Shown piece after piece: positions 51,955-61,262 of a DNA stretch of 64,000 nt; position 1 is the stretch's first letter, and each line of letters begins with the position of its first letter. The notes below the pieces were generated by a model that was given only the letters and a program-made list of their open reading frames with translations, was not told the DNA's origin and made no database searches. The translations under genes and the position numbers were made by a program. The stretch covers positions 1,664,001 through 1,728,000 of the forward strand of contig CBDHHL010000056.1 in assembly GCA_965263355.1 (NCBI GenBank), written 5' to 3'. This DNA comes from Leptolyngbyaceae cyanobacterium (lineage in GTDB: Bacteria; Cyanobacteriota; Cyanobacteriia; Phormidesmidales; Phormidesmidaceae).

Positions 51955-52016
51955 TAGCTCCCCCCTTTACAAGGGGCATTGCAGTAGGCGTTCATCAGTA
52001 ATACAACAAGTACACT

Positions 52017-52454
52017 ATGGATCTTCTCATTATTTTAATTTTGCTCGGTGTGGGCTATTTTATTGGTAATCACCGTGAACGTAAGCACTACGAAGATATT
52101 AAACGTCGTGAAAAGCAAACCCTCCATGTTCCTGTGATGAATTGGGGGGCAAAGCAAACGCTACCCTATGCCCATGAGGCAGAAATGTTTGTGGGTAGCG
52201 TTGTCGTTGCTAATGACTATTTCAAAACCTTCTCGGCAGGTCTACGTAATTTAGTCGGCGGTCGAGTTACTGTCTATGAAACCCTGATCGACCGAGGACG
52301 CAGAGAGGCAATGTTACGGATGAAAGAGTCTGCCATTGAATGGGGAGCCTCCCAAGTCCTAAATGTACGCTTTGAGAGCGCTAATATAGCAGGCCAAAGC
52401 CGAGGAGGAATGGGAGCTGTTGAGATTCTGGCTTACGGCACAGGAATTCGTTAG
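52017..52454 (+). CDS. Membrane-anchored YbjQ-like protein
   Basis: N-terminal TM; RNLVGGRV..YETLIDRGRREAMLRMK and LAYGT. Confidence 0.85.
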   Translation: MDLLIILILLGVGYFIGNHRERKHYEDIKRREKQTLHVPVMNWGAKQTLPYAHEAEMFVGSVVVANDYFKTFSAGLRNLVGGRVTVYETLIDRGRREAMLRMKESAIEWGASQVLNVRFESANIAGQSRGGMGAVEILAYGTGIR

Positions 52455-52458
52455 CTCC

Positions 52459-53292
52459 ATGAAATACGTTCCCCGTGAAATTGTTGATGAAGTCAATGTC
52501 ACGCCAGTACATCCGTTGGTTAATTTTGGCTATTTGATTGGCACCGTGGTGGTGACAGCTGTGACCATCTATGCGGGTCTTGGCATCGCGGGGGCTCAAA
52601 TTGCGGCAAGGATGGGACCCAAGGCAGAAGCTAAAGTCGGTGAGGTACTCTTTGAGAATGTATTTGCTGGCATGCCTCTTATCGAAACAGGGCCAGAATT
52701 TGAGTATGTTCAAACCCTCGCCGCATCATTAAAGAGTGAAGACTTAAACAAGCGACCTGAACTCAAGCTCCACATTCTGGATGAGCCCCTCCCCAATGCC
52801 ATGGTGTCAGCCGGGGGACACGTATTTGTCACCCAGGGCTTACTCGATCAGGCTGAGTCGGAAAATGAGCTAGCGTTTGTGCTGGCCCATGAGCTGGGGC
52901 ACTATGAAAATCGCGATAATCTTCGTAGTCTAGGGCGTTCGCTAGTATTTTTAAGTTTGAATAGTGTTTTGGCAGCGACTGGTGTGCAGCTACCGTCATT
53001 TTTAATCGGCTCGATGAATTTGGCTGATTTACACTACAGTCGCGACCAAGAACAAAAGGCTGACGTGTATGCCTTTGAAATCATGTTCGAGCGCTATGGC
53101 CATGTGGACCATACTCTGGACTTCTTTGAGCGGTTAAATGCTCAGGAATTTGACTTGGGGGTGGCTGACCAATTCTTGGAATGGCAGTCTACCCATCCGC
53201 TGACTGAGTCACGGATTGACTATTTAGAAGCGTTGGCAACTGAACGGGGCTGGGCGTTAGAAGGAGAGCCAACGGCATTACCAAATCAGTAA
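52459..53292 (+). CDS. M48-family zinc metallopeptidase
   Basis: PNA, GGHVFV, VLAHELGH, YSRDQEQKAD and STHP...RI. Confidence 0.9.
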   Translation: MKYVPREIVDEVNVTPVHPLVNFGYLIGTVVVTAVTIYAGLGIAGAQIAARMGPKAEAKVGEVLFENVFAGMPLIETGPEFEYVQTLAASLKSEDLNKRPELKLHILDEPLPNAMVSAGGHVFVTQGLLDQAESENELAFVLAHELGHYENRDNLRSLGRSLVFLSLNSVLAATGVQLPSFLIGSMNLADLHYSRDQEQKADVYAFEIMFERYGHVDHTLDFFERLNAQEFDLGVADQFLEWQSTHPLTESRIDYLEALATERGWALEGEPTALPNQ

Positions 53293-53326
53293 TCTTGGTG
53301 AGAGTGGCTATGATGGTGGCACAGTC

Positions 53327-53703
53327 TTGAAGCTACACGATGCCTATCTTAGAAAACGTCAGCAGGTACTTGGAAGTCGCACACATTTCGTAGAAATCGA
53401 CTTACTACGAGGCGGACGCCCTTTACCGATCAAGGGAGGACTATCTTCCGACTATCGAATTTTGATCAGCCGTAGTGATGAGCGTCCTCAGGCACAGCTT
53501 TATGGATTTAACCTAGATCGAGAGATTCCAGTATTTGAGGTGCCATGCAAGACGACGACGTATCACCGACGCTACAGCTACAACCGCTAGTCAACCGGGT
53601 ATATGATAAGGCACGTTTTGAGCTGACCATTGACTACGACCAAACACTTTCACCAACGCTCAGTAATTCAGAACTGAAGAAGAAGATATCTACGGTTCTC
53701 TGA
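53327..53703 (+). pseudogene. DUF4058-family remnant (5'-truncated, frameshifted)
   Basis: KRQQVLGSRTHFVEIDLLRGG...EIPVFEVP, then after a 1-nt shift near 53545 continues QDDDVSPTLQLQPLVNRVYDKARFELTIDY to TGA 53703. The usual N-terminal half is absent. Confidence 0.75.
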
Positions 53704-53798
53704 AGAAATAGCTTATAAAGCCTATTCATCTAACATCCACTTGTATCGAGTTCCTCAAGCTAGGATGAAACCAGGAGCGATTTTACTATCCCTATCCT

Positions 53799-54410
53799 AT
53801 GGCTGAGCCAGTCACCCTCGAAGACATCTACGCTATATTTCAGCGGTCTCAAGAAGAAGCAGACCGACGGGCCGCTGAAGCAGACCGACGGGCCGCTGAG
53901 TCCAAAGCCGCATTTGAGCAACGTATGGTTGAAGCAGATAAACGTCTTGCTAAAGCTGAAGCGATCGCAGCTCAAGCCAACAAAGCCGTTAATAGTCTTA
54001 CCAGTCGCTGGGGGCAGTTTGTAGAAAACCTGGTAGCTCCCGGTGCAATTCGCATGTTTCGCGCTAAGGGCATTGATGTTAAAGAAATCCACACTCGCAT
54101 GAAAGTTAAGCGAGGGGATATCAATATGGAAGTTGATATCTTTGCGGTGGATGATACGGAAGCGGTGGCCATTGAGGTCAAGTCTCGCCTTACCCAAGAG
54201 GCCGTCAAGCACTTTATCCAGAATCTACAGAAGTTTAAATTAGCTTTTCCGGTCTATCGTGACTATCACATCTACGGTGCGGTGGCGGGCATCGAAATCG
54301 ATGAAGGTGCTGATCGCTATGCTTATAAGCAAGGGCTGTTCGTCATTCGTCAATCTGGTGATGCGGTAGAAATCGACAACGATGACGACTTTAAGCCAGT
54401 TACCTGGTAA
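53799..54410 (+). CDS. Coiled-coil + PD-(D/E)XK nuclease-like protein (DUF3782-like)
   Basis: ATGGCTGAGCCA at 53799 and TAA at 54410 read on the + strand, although the track labels this ORF minus. Motifs WGQFVE, EVDI and AIEVKS; 21-bp duplication at 53856-53897 (EADRRAA x2). Confidence 0.85.
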   Translation: MAEPVTLEDIYAIFQRSQEEADRRAAEADRRAAESKAAFEQRMVEADKRLAKAEAIAAQANKAVNSLTSRWGQFVENLVAPGAIRMFRAKGIDVKEIHTRMKVKRGDINMEVDIFAVDDTEAVAIEVKSRLTQEAVKHFIQNLQKFKLAFPVYRDYHIYGAVAGIEIDEGADRYAYKQGLFVIRQSGDAVEIDNDDDFKPVTW

Positions 54411-54478
54411 CCGTCAGGTAAGGCTACTGCGACCAGTTTTAAAGCTGGATTGGACTATTTTTTGTTTGAAATTTGAAA

Positions 54479-54844
54479 TTAGTTGCGCTTGTGTGCCAAT
54501 AAAGCAGTTATCAAAACACTGATAATGCCTGAACCGACCATTGGAACCGTTAAGATCATGAAGATTATCACAATAGCAAGGTCATCAGGGTCATCATTGT
54601 CGGGAGCATCAAGTACCTGGCCAACCATAAGCAGAAGCCCAATAAACATTAAGAGCAACAGCGCAATATGCATTAGAAACGAGATTACGAGACCTCGCCT
54701 TTGCCACTTATAAAAAGCCAACTTTAATAGCCAAAGGGGCCAGGCAAGAATAAATAGATAGACTATCCGAAGCACCCGCAACAAATCTTGCAGAAATATC
54801 GGATCGTCCAGAAATGATGCGTTATTAGCAAAAACTAACATCAC
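54479..54844 (-). CDS. Hypothetical membrane protein (about 3 TM)
   Basis: Hydrophobic segments separated by an acidic loop; no family recognised. Confidence 0.55.
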   Translation of the reverse strand: MMLVFANNASFLDDPIFLQDLLRVLRIVYLFILAWPLWLLKLAFYKWQRRGLVISFLMHIALLLLMFIGLLLMVGQVLDAPDNDDPDDLAIVIIFMILTVPMVGSGIISVLITALLAHKRN

Positions 54845-54967
54845 AACCCTATAAAGACCACGAGTTAACTATCGCAGCCTCAACGTAGGAAAAAGGCTGA
54901 ATAAGTAGGTCATTCAAAGGCGGATTCTAGCTTAGCCGCATCAAATGTTTGGATGTATGGCAAGGGA

Positions 54968-55714
54968 TTACAACAAGTACTGGAGAAGCCGACTACAAGC
55001 AGCCCAAGAGAGCTGCTGCTTGTAGCATCGTAAATGTTCAATTAATTTCAACTTCTGAACATGGGGAAACCAGGGGCGCAGTAGCTTAGCAACGTATGTG
55101 CTGATAAATAAGCCCTGAACCAACGTGGTTACATTGGCAGGGCGTCGATCTAAGCTCGCTCCACTAAAATCAATGAGAATCGGACCTGCAGATCGCACTA
55201 AAGCATGGGCCGTAATACAGCGCAAATCGCCATGGTCAAGTCCTAGTTGATCTAACCTGTATGCCTGATGAATTAGCTGAGACACGACCGCATGAATCAT
55301 GTCGGCAGACTGCGATGCTTGCAGCCAGTCCACTAGCATAGGACCACTGATATAGTCCATCAGTAAAAAGTTGTCGCTGTGGGCAATGTACTGTGGCCCC
55401 ACATTTACGGTATTGGCCCGCATTAACATGGCCGATTCTATCCGTAAGCTAGCTTGGGGGGCAGGTTCTCGTAGTGCTTTTAGCACTCTGTCTTGCCCCT
55501 TGTGGCGCACTCGTAGTACCACGCCGCAGTAGCCCACCCCCAGAATTTCTACCCCCACTAAGGTTGCTGGACCATAGGCATAAATAGCGTCGATACCCAA
55601 TGTTTGTAGCTCAGCCCAGCGATGAGTCAGCGCATCTTCATCTCCGTTAGGATAGGCCAGTAGCTGTCGGGCTGGACTATGCCAAAACTCCTCTAGGTTC
55701 AAGGTTTTGGCCAT
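54968..55714 (-). CDS. RIO/Bud32-like atypical protein kinase
   Basis: Gly loop LGVGYCGVV, VLK, LLMDYI, HGDL and LIDFS. Confidence 0.75.
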   Translation of the reverse strand: MAKTLNLEEFWHSPARQLLAYPNGDEDALTHRWAELQTLGIDAIYAYGPATLVGVEILGVGYCGVVLRVRHKGQDRVLKALREPAPQASLRIESAMLMRANTVNVGPQYIAHSDNFLLMDYISGPMLVDWLQASQSADMIHAVVSQLIHQAYRLDQLGLDHGDLRCITAHALVRSAGPILIDFSGASLDRRPANVTTLVQGLFISTYVAKLLRPWFPHVQKLKLIEHLRCYKQQLSWAACSRLLQYLL

Positions 55715-55720
55715 CAGCTC

Positions 55721-56488
55721 CTATGCGCATAATTGGCGGGCCAGAGCCACCGTGAAGTAAGTCGCATCGCCCGCATCACCAGCTAATACGTTGAAGGGTG
55801 TTTCTGGAGTACCTAAGTCACTAAGAACGAGTTTAGCGCCTGTAAAGTCCTGGGCTTTGGTGTATTCGTTAACGGTAACGACCGTCTTTAGACCAGTGGG
55901 TGTAGCCGATAGCAACCCATTATTAGTATCTTCAAAGGCTAAACAGCTGTCAGCAGGTAGGTCCAGATGTTCTAGAGCATATTCGTAAATATCGGGAGCA
56001 GGCTTTTTCTTGGGCACCATGTCCCCTGCGGCGATCACGTCAAACCAGTTAAGGCTTTCGGCACCAAGGGTGTTTTCGAGTAAGGCTTGGACGTTGGCGG
56101 GGGTAGTGGTGGTGGCGATCGCAAGTCTCACCCCTTCACTCCGCGCTTCATTTAACAACCGCTCCACCCCCGGACGCAGGGGAATTTTGCCCGCCGCCGC
56201 ATACTGCTTGTAGTAGTTAGTCTTAGTCGCATGAAGATGCTTAATCATGGCATCTAAATCACTAAACGACCCAGGCAGCTGAAAATCGCTGAGATAGTCC
56301 TGCACATAGGCGCGAATCCGTTCCTTACCCCCTGACACCTTGAGTAGCTTGCCGTAGAGTTCTGGTGTCCAGTCCCAAGCTAAACCAGTATCTGCAAAGG
56401 CTTGGTTAAAAGCGGGCCGATGGCCATCCCGCTCAGTTTCAGCCAGGGTACCATCCACATCAAAAATCAACGCCTTTAACTCAGCCAC
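55721..56488 (-). CDS. cbbY: CbbY-type HAD hydrolase
   Basis: FDVDGTLAETERDGHRPAFN, GGKERI, KKPAPDIY and FED. Confidence 0.9.
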   Translation of the reverse strand: MAELKALIFDVDGTLAETERDGHRPAFNQAFADTGLAWDWTPELYGKLLKVSGGKERIRAYVQDYLSDFQLPGSFSDLDAMIKHLHATKTNYYKQYAAAGKIPLRPGVERLLNEARSEGVRLAIATTTTPANVQALLENTLGAESLNWFDVIAAGDMVPKKKPAPDIYEYALEHLDLPADSCLAFEDTNNGLLSATPTGLKTVVTVNEYTKAQDFTGAKLVLSDLGTPETPFNVLAGDAGDATYFTVALARQLCA

Positions 56489-56591
56489 AGACCACTCCTG
56501 CTAACTAAAATATTTAAAGTTGATTTTACCGTCATTGGGAAACCGCCCATAGCGCGCAAATAACATCCCTGGGACTACAAATTTTCAACTC

Positions 56592-56634
56592 GTAGGGTTT
56601 GCTACAAACATGCAGTTAATCTGCTTGATATGTT
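56592..56634 (+). promoter_or_regulatory. NtcA-type class II promoter (GTA-N8-TAC plus extended -10)
   Basis: GTAGGGTTTGCTAC at 56592-56605, 23-nt spacer, then TATGTT at 56629-56634 preceded by TG (extended -10). Confidence 0.6.
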
Positions 56635-56640
56635 GTAGTT

Positions 56641-56780
56641 GAACGATGAAATCGAGTAGCCCAATAGATAGTTGGTGCTGTACTACGATGCAATTGTCGT
56701 TCACATACTCATGTGCCTAATCAGGCATTTCTCGAAGCGTTTCAACAAGAGACTCAGCCATCTGGCTGGGCTCTTTTTTT
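56641..56780 (+). ncRNA. Candidate ~140-nt structured small RNA (possibly PsrR1/SyR1-like)
   Basis: A + strand promoter and terminator between two minus-strand genes. Long imperfect 5' hairpin (GAACGAUGA/UUGUCGUUC) and core CATACTCATGTGCCTAATCA. Confidence 0.65.
56749..56780 (+). terminator. Rho-independent terminator of the candidate sRNA
   Basis: GAGACTCAGCCA-TC-TGGCTGGGCTC followed by T7. Confidence 0.8.
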
Positions 56781-56802
56781 GTGTTATTGAGACTTTGGGA
56801 TA

Positions 56803-57729
56803 TCAATATCCCTGCTGAATATCCACCTGATTTAGCAAGGGTTGCCCATTTTGCATGCGTCGATAGTTTTCAACGATTTGTGGTGCAACCGAAACAGGAT
56901 TCGTCAAGCTGGCAATGTGGGGTGTAACGATCACCTTGGGATGAGACCAAAAAGGATGCTCTTGGGGTAGGGGTTCCTGACGAAATACATCCAAACAGGC
57001 ACCCGCTAAATGATTACTGTTTAGCAGTGAGAGTAAATCTTCTTCCACTAAATGATTGCCTCGGGCTACATTCACCACATAGGCTCCTTTGGGAAGCTGA
57101 CTCAGCGTTTTGGTATTAAGAATGCTCTCGGTTTCAGTGGTTAATGGCAATAAACACACCAGGATGTCACTGGCAGCTAAAAAGTCCGATAGGTGTTGTC
57201 CAGAGAATACTTGCACCCCGGCAATAAACTTGGCGCGGCGAGACCAGCCTACAACTTGAAACCCTACCTGGACCAGGCGAGTAGCGACAGCACTACCAAT
57301 TTGTCCTAGACCCATTACACCGACGGTGACATCGTTGATATTGCATGATGTCAAGGGCTGCCACTGCCACTGTTGTTGCTGCTGGACATAGTCAGGAAAC
57401 TGACGTACATGGTTGAGGGTGGCCGCTAAAACATAGTCCCCCATCTGACTGACTAGCTGTGGGTCAACCATGCGTACGACGACAGACTGTGGCGGAATTG
57501 AACGATCCTGCAGTAAATTATCCACCCCGGCTCCCATGGATGAAATTACTCGCAGATTGGGATACTGGGAAAAAACTCCCTGGGGCTGGGCCCAAACCAG
57601 GGCAAAGGTTATATCAGTTTTATCGCCATCGTCAGGCCACATCCGTAGGTCTATTTCTGGATCGATAGCTTTGATGGCAGCCGCCCAAGGTGCAGGGTCT
57701 TTGGTTGGACAAATTAAACTCAGAGTCAT
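56803..57729 (-). CDS. ghrA: Glyoxylate/hydroxypyruvate reductase A (D-2-hydroxyacid dehydrogenase)
   Basis: SMGAGVD, GVMGLGQIG, LLPLT, NVARG, LDVF.EPL and TPHIAS. Confidence 0.85.
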   Translation of the reverse strand: MTLSLICPTKDPAPWAAAIKAIDPEIDLRMWPDDGDKTDITFALVWAQPQGVFSQYPNLRVISSMGAGVDNLLQDRSIPPQSVVVRMVDPQLVSQMGDYVLAATLNHVRQFPDYVQQQQQWQWQPLTSCNINDVTVGVMGLGQIGSAVATRLVQVGFQVVGWSRRAKFIAGVQVFSGQHLSDFLAASDILVCLLPLTTETESILNTKTLSQLPKGAYVVNVARGNHLVEEDLLSLLNSNHLAGACLDVFRQEPLPQEHPFWSHPKVIVTPHIASLTNPVSVAPQIVENYRRMQNGQPLLNQVDIQQGY

Positions 57730-57774
57730 GAGCTAAGTATGTACATTAACAAACTTAAGGCTTCTACAAACAAC

Positions 57775-57800
57775 GTTGGCCTCGACTTCGCTCAGCCAAC
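57775..57800. repeat. Short dispersed repeat of the cyanobacterial GCTGAGCGAAGTCGA type
   Basis: Reverse complement GTTGGCTGAGCGAAGTCGAGGCCAAC with 6-bp terminal inverted arms; family assignment from memory. Confidence 0.55.
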
Positions 57801-57880
57801 TTGCTAGCCAGAGCCAGTGATCCTTATCTCCTCTGAGTATCGATAAAAACGACCTTGCTTAGGAGACACTGACTAAAAAA

Positions 57881-60250
57881 CTAAGGATGAAACCGTAAAC
57901 GATGCCATCCTCCTAAAAATACGAGCCAACTGATTACCACTAGCCAGTGAAATCCAGCAACGGTCCATAAAGACCCTGTATTGCCATAGATAAATACACA
58001 GCTCAGTCCTAATAATGCCGTTAGCCCGATAAAGAGTGGGCGACTAAATAATGATGTTAAATGATGCCTGAAAATGATCGCCTGAAGAGGGTGGCTCACG
58101 ACAAATAGAGTCAGACTTAAGATGGCCCACAGCATAAAGGTGTTGGCTAGTACGCTTTCTGTAGGATGGGGCAACAGCAAGACTCGGAAGATCACTTCTT
58201 CTAGGATGGCGGGGACAAGCAAAGCCTGTAGCAAGCGTAAACTTAATTGGCTAGGACGGACAGTGCCCAGAATATTGTGAAATGACAGAAGCTTTCCCCA
58301 GATGCCAAGGGGAATAGCGATCGCACCGTAGCCAATGGCCACACCAAGCGTCATCAACCAATCACCAATACTGGGCAAACGTAGGGCCTCAATCAAGCGC
58401 GAAAAGGCTGTGGGAATGAAAAAATACTGACCAAACAGTTCTGTTGGTGCTAGTGGCAGAATACTTGGATCGTTTCCCCCCACTTGATTCGTCCTGAGAA
58501 ATCGCAGTGTGGCCCCTTGATCAAAGAAGATAGTAGCCAGCTGATCATAGGCAACTCGCGGAATAATGGTGCGCCAACTCAGTAATTGTGTGGCCAAATT
58601 GGTTTTATTATCCAGGGACTGATCACGGATCCCTGCCAAGACTTCAGAATTCTGCTGCCAGTCAGGTCGCACAATGCCTACGGGCACCAGGGCATTTTCC
58701 AGACGCTCGCCTAACCTTGCCAAGGGCTGGAGTATTTGCGGATCAACGGGTGGCTGCTGACGTACCTGCGCTTCAATTTGCTTGATAGTCTTGTACAGGG
58801 CCTGACTTGAATCTTGGATACAGGATTGAGCCGGTGTCACAATAGCGGCTCCAGTGCCATCGCCCACTCGATAGCGAGCGGTCATAATTTGCAATTGGCG
58901 TTCCAGTATCCTCAAGGGATTAATGTTGGGCTGGCTATAATCTTGGGTCAAGATATCCAGCTTGATAATGGCATCAGAGATGGGGCGTGTGCCTAACCAC
59001 CCCCGTTGTAAATTACCCATGTACTCAGCCCAGCTGAGCTTACCGGACACAATCCCATTGGGGTTATGGGCATAGACCTGATGGTAGTCAATATCAAACC
59101 GTAGTTTTTGGGTAATGACATCGCGTACTACGGTGGCAATGCCATAGGCAAAGTGGCCAGTGACGGTACCGATAACTGAGGGGGTTTCTGCTTGGTCGCC
59201 ACCAATACCACCAAAAATATGGAGTACTAGCCCTTGATCGCCTTCCTGCCATTCAGTTTGGCCTAGCTGCACAGTCTGGATAGTGCCTTTGCGATCGCTC
59301 GTCCGTCGCCAATTGCCAAAGTTAATATAATTGAGCCCATCGCTAGGATCCGTAATGGTGATATTCGGGGCTAATTCAAACAAGGCCCGTGGAGCCATTG
59401 CTCGCACAACGAACTGGCCTTGGTCATTAGGGCTGCCATAGATATACCAGCCTAGATTACCCGCAGGTGACTGCTCCAGCTGTTCCAGATTAAACTGGCG
59501 GATGCCATTAATGGCAGGAATGTCTGGCAAATAAATAACGTCTGTAGCCCCATCAAACACTTGGGAGTCTGGGTTGTAATGACGCACCTGAAATTTCTGG
59601 CAGACCGATGGACAAGTGGTTTTTATTGGCGCGGACGATGCTATTTCGACCAAGCCATAAAACCGTTCAGCTATCTGTGTTGGCTCTTGGTTGATGGCCA
59701 GAGTATTTCCTTGTTGTCTGACATCTGCAAGGGCAACGAGTACATCATCTCTAGGGCGTGCCCCCGCTAAAGATTGCAAGGGACCAACCTGCTGCCATCC
59801 ATCCAGTCTAGACGGATGGACTTTTCCAGCTTGCTGACTCCCATAGGCATCAGAGCTAAAATTTACAGCCCGACTAACCAGACTGACATAATCGTCAATG
59901 TCGGTATTAGACTGCCAGGTCAATATAACGGTTTGCCCAATCAAGGCCTGGACAGGTGAGTGGAGCACTTCGAACCAAACCCAGTCTCCTGAAAGCTTTT
60001 GAATATCCCCTACCTGAGGTAATATCAACCGCCCAATCCACGCAGCCACTGGCTGATAATGGTCCGGCGGTTCAACAATAGGAGTCACTAAGGTACTGGA
60101 ACCAGTCAAATTATCATAGTTTGACACCCGCAAAGTCTCAGGTTCAGCACATCCTGTAATTCCTAGTGCAAAAATCAGGACAAGACTTAACCCTCGCCCC
60201 CATAGCCATCTTCCCAGGGGACTTTGCCAAAAAGCTGAAACACAACTCAC
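57881..60250 (-). CDS. Large CPBP (CAAX/Abi) intramembrane protease-family protein
   Basis: C-terminal PAILEEVIFR, FVVSH and GSLW...FH motifs; ~600-aa soluble N-terminal region after a lipobox-like LGITGC. Confidence 0.85.
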   Translation of the reverse strand: MSCVSAFWQSPLGRWLWGRGLSLVLIFALGITGCAEPETLRVSNYDNLTGSSTLVTPIVEPPDHYQPVAAWIGRLILPQVGDIQKLSGDWVWFEVLHSPVQALIGQTVILTWQSNTDIDDYVSLVSRAVNFSSDAYGSQQAGKVHPSRLDGWQQVGPLQSLAGARPRDDVLVALADVRQQGNTLAINQEPTQIAERFYGLVEIASSAPIKTTCPSVCQKFQVRHYNPDSQVFDGATDVIYLPDIPAINGIRQFNLEQLEQSPAGNLGWYIYGSPNDQGQFVVRAMAPRALFELAPNITITDPSDGLNYINFGNWRRTSDRKGTIQTVQLGQTEWQEGDQGLVLHIFGGIGGDQAETPSVIGTVTGHFAYGIATVVRDVITQKLRFDIDYHQVYAHNPNGIVSGKLSWAEYMGNLQRGWLGTRPISDAIIKLDILTQDYSQPNINPLRILERQLQIMTARYRVGDGTGAAIVTPAQSCIQDSSQALYKTIKQIEAQVRQQPPVDPQILQPLARLGERLENALVPVGIVRPDWQQNSEVLAGIRDQSLDNKTNLATQLLSWRTIIPRVAYDQLATIFFDQGATLRFLRTNQVGGNDPSILPLAPTELFGQYFFIPTAFSRLIEALRLPSIGDWLMTLGVAIGYGAIAIPLGIWGKLLSFHNILGTVRPSQLSLRLLQALLVPAILEEVIFRVLLLPHPTESVLANTFMLWAILSLTLFVVSHPLQAIIFRHHLTSLFSRPLFIGLTALLGLSCVFIYGNTGSLWTVAGFHWLVVISWLVFLGGWHRLRFHP

Positions 60251-60290
60251 GACTCACCGCCTTACCCAACAATTTGAGCTTGACGCAATC

Positions 60291-61262
60291 CTAGTACAGC
60301 AGGCAAGCCGTAGGGAAAATCAAGTACTCGATAAAAAATAATTTCCAGATGAACTGATAATAGTCCTTAAAATTCAGACTAGCTGTATCGGTTTCATCAG
60401 TAGTGTTTAGCATGGCTTGACGGCTTAGGTACCAAAAATAAGCCAGGGCTAAGCCGTGGGTAACCATTAAAAATTTGACATTGATGCCGGGGATAAATAG
60501 AGCCCCAATTATGAGACTGCCGTAACAAATAGTCAGCATCCACCAGACGAAGGTTATAGCCCTAGCTGTGGCTAAAGCGTTACTGATGCTGTTACGTAAG
60601 TCTTTTAGTAGTGCGATCGCACTACTAAATACCAGCACTACCAGCGTTAGCACCCACACCCGTCCAGGCACCTGGGGTAGCAATCCTAACTGACTGGAAG
60701 CATGGAGAAAAATACCTAAGTTGACCACTGCGCCCCGCACCAGCAAGGTACATAACGAAGCCAATAGGGGAAATCGCTTTAACCGTAACGGTGGCAGGGA
60801 ATAGGCGGTGCCAATAGCTAAACTTAGCCAGACCGTCACTACCAGATAAAGGCTGTTGGAAACCACTGCCAATAAAATAGCTCCACTGCAGGCAATACCG
60901 ACCAGCATCTTGGCCTGAGGAGTAGAAAATTCGCCCGCCGGAATGGGTAAATAGGGCTTATCAACCCGATCAGTAGCAACATCCTCAATCTGGTTTAGAC
61001 CAACGATGTAGATATTGGTACATATGCAGGCTAACCACGTCAGCCAGAGGGCACTTCCCCCCTGCCACACATGAAATGTGCCAGGAGATAACCCAGCCGG
61101 ATGACGAGCTGCCCAAGCAATGCCAAATAAGCCCAGTACACTCAGGCTAGTACTGACAATAGTGTGGGGTCGAGAAAACCTCCAGAATGCACGCAACCAG
61201 GGGATTGGGCTTTGTAATAGATTTAGAGATGAAGGACTCAGTGCTGATTTAGTCATCGGCAT
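60291..61262 (-). CDS. Homogentisate phytyltransferase-like (UbiA family), second Asp motif degenerate
   Basis: FWRFSRPHT, NIYIVGLNQIEDVATD, YSLPPLRLKRFP and YYQFIWKLF. Confidence 0.85.
   Translation of the reverse strand: MPMTKSALSPSSLNLLQSPIPWLRAFWRFSRPHTIVSTSLSVLGLFGIAWAARHPAGLSPGTFHVWQGGSALWLTWLACICTNIYIVGLNQIEDVATDRVDKPYLPIPAGEFSTPQAKMLVGIACSGAILLAVVSNSLYLVVTVWLSLAIGTAYSLPPLRLKRFPLLASLCTLLVRGAVVNLGIFLHASSQLGLLPQVPGRVWVLTLVVLVFSSAIALLKDLRNSISNALATARAITFVWWMLTICYGSLIIGALFIPGINVKFLMVTHGLALAYFWYLSRQAMLNTTDETDTASLNFKDYYQFIWKLFFIEYLIFPTACLLY

Noticed and set aside
53760..54212. 150-aa minus-strand ORF
   Set aside because: Antisense to the nuclease-like gene, which reads on the + strand from ATG 53799.
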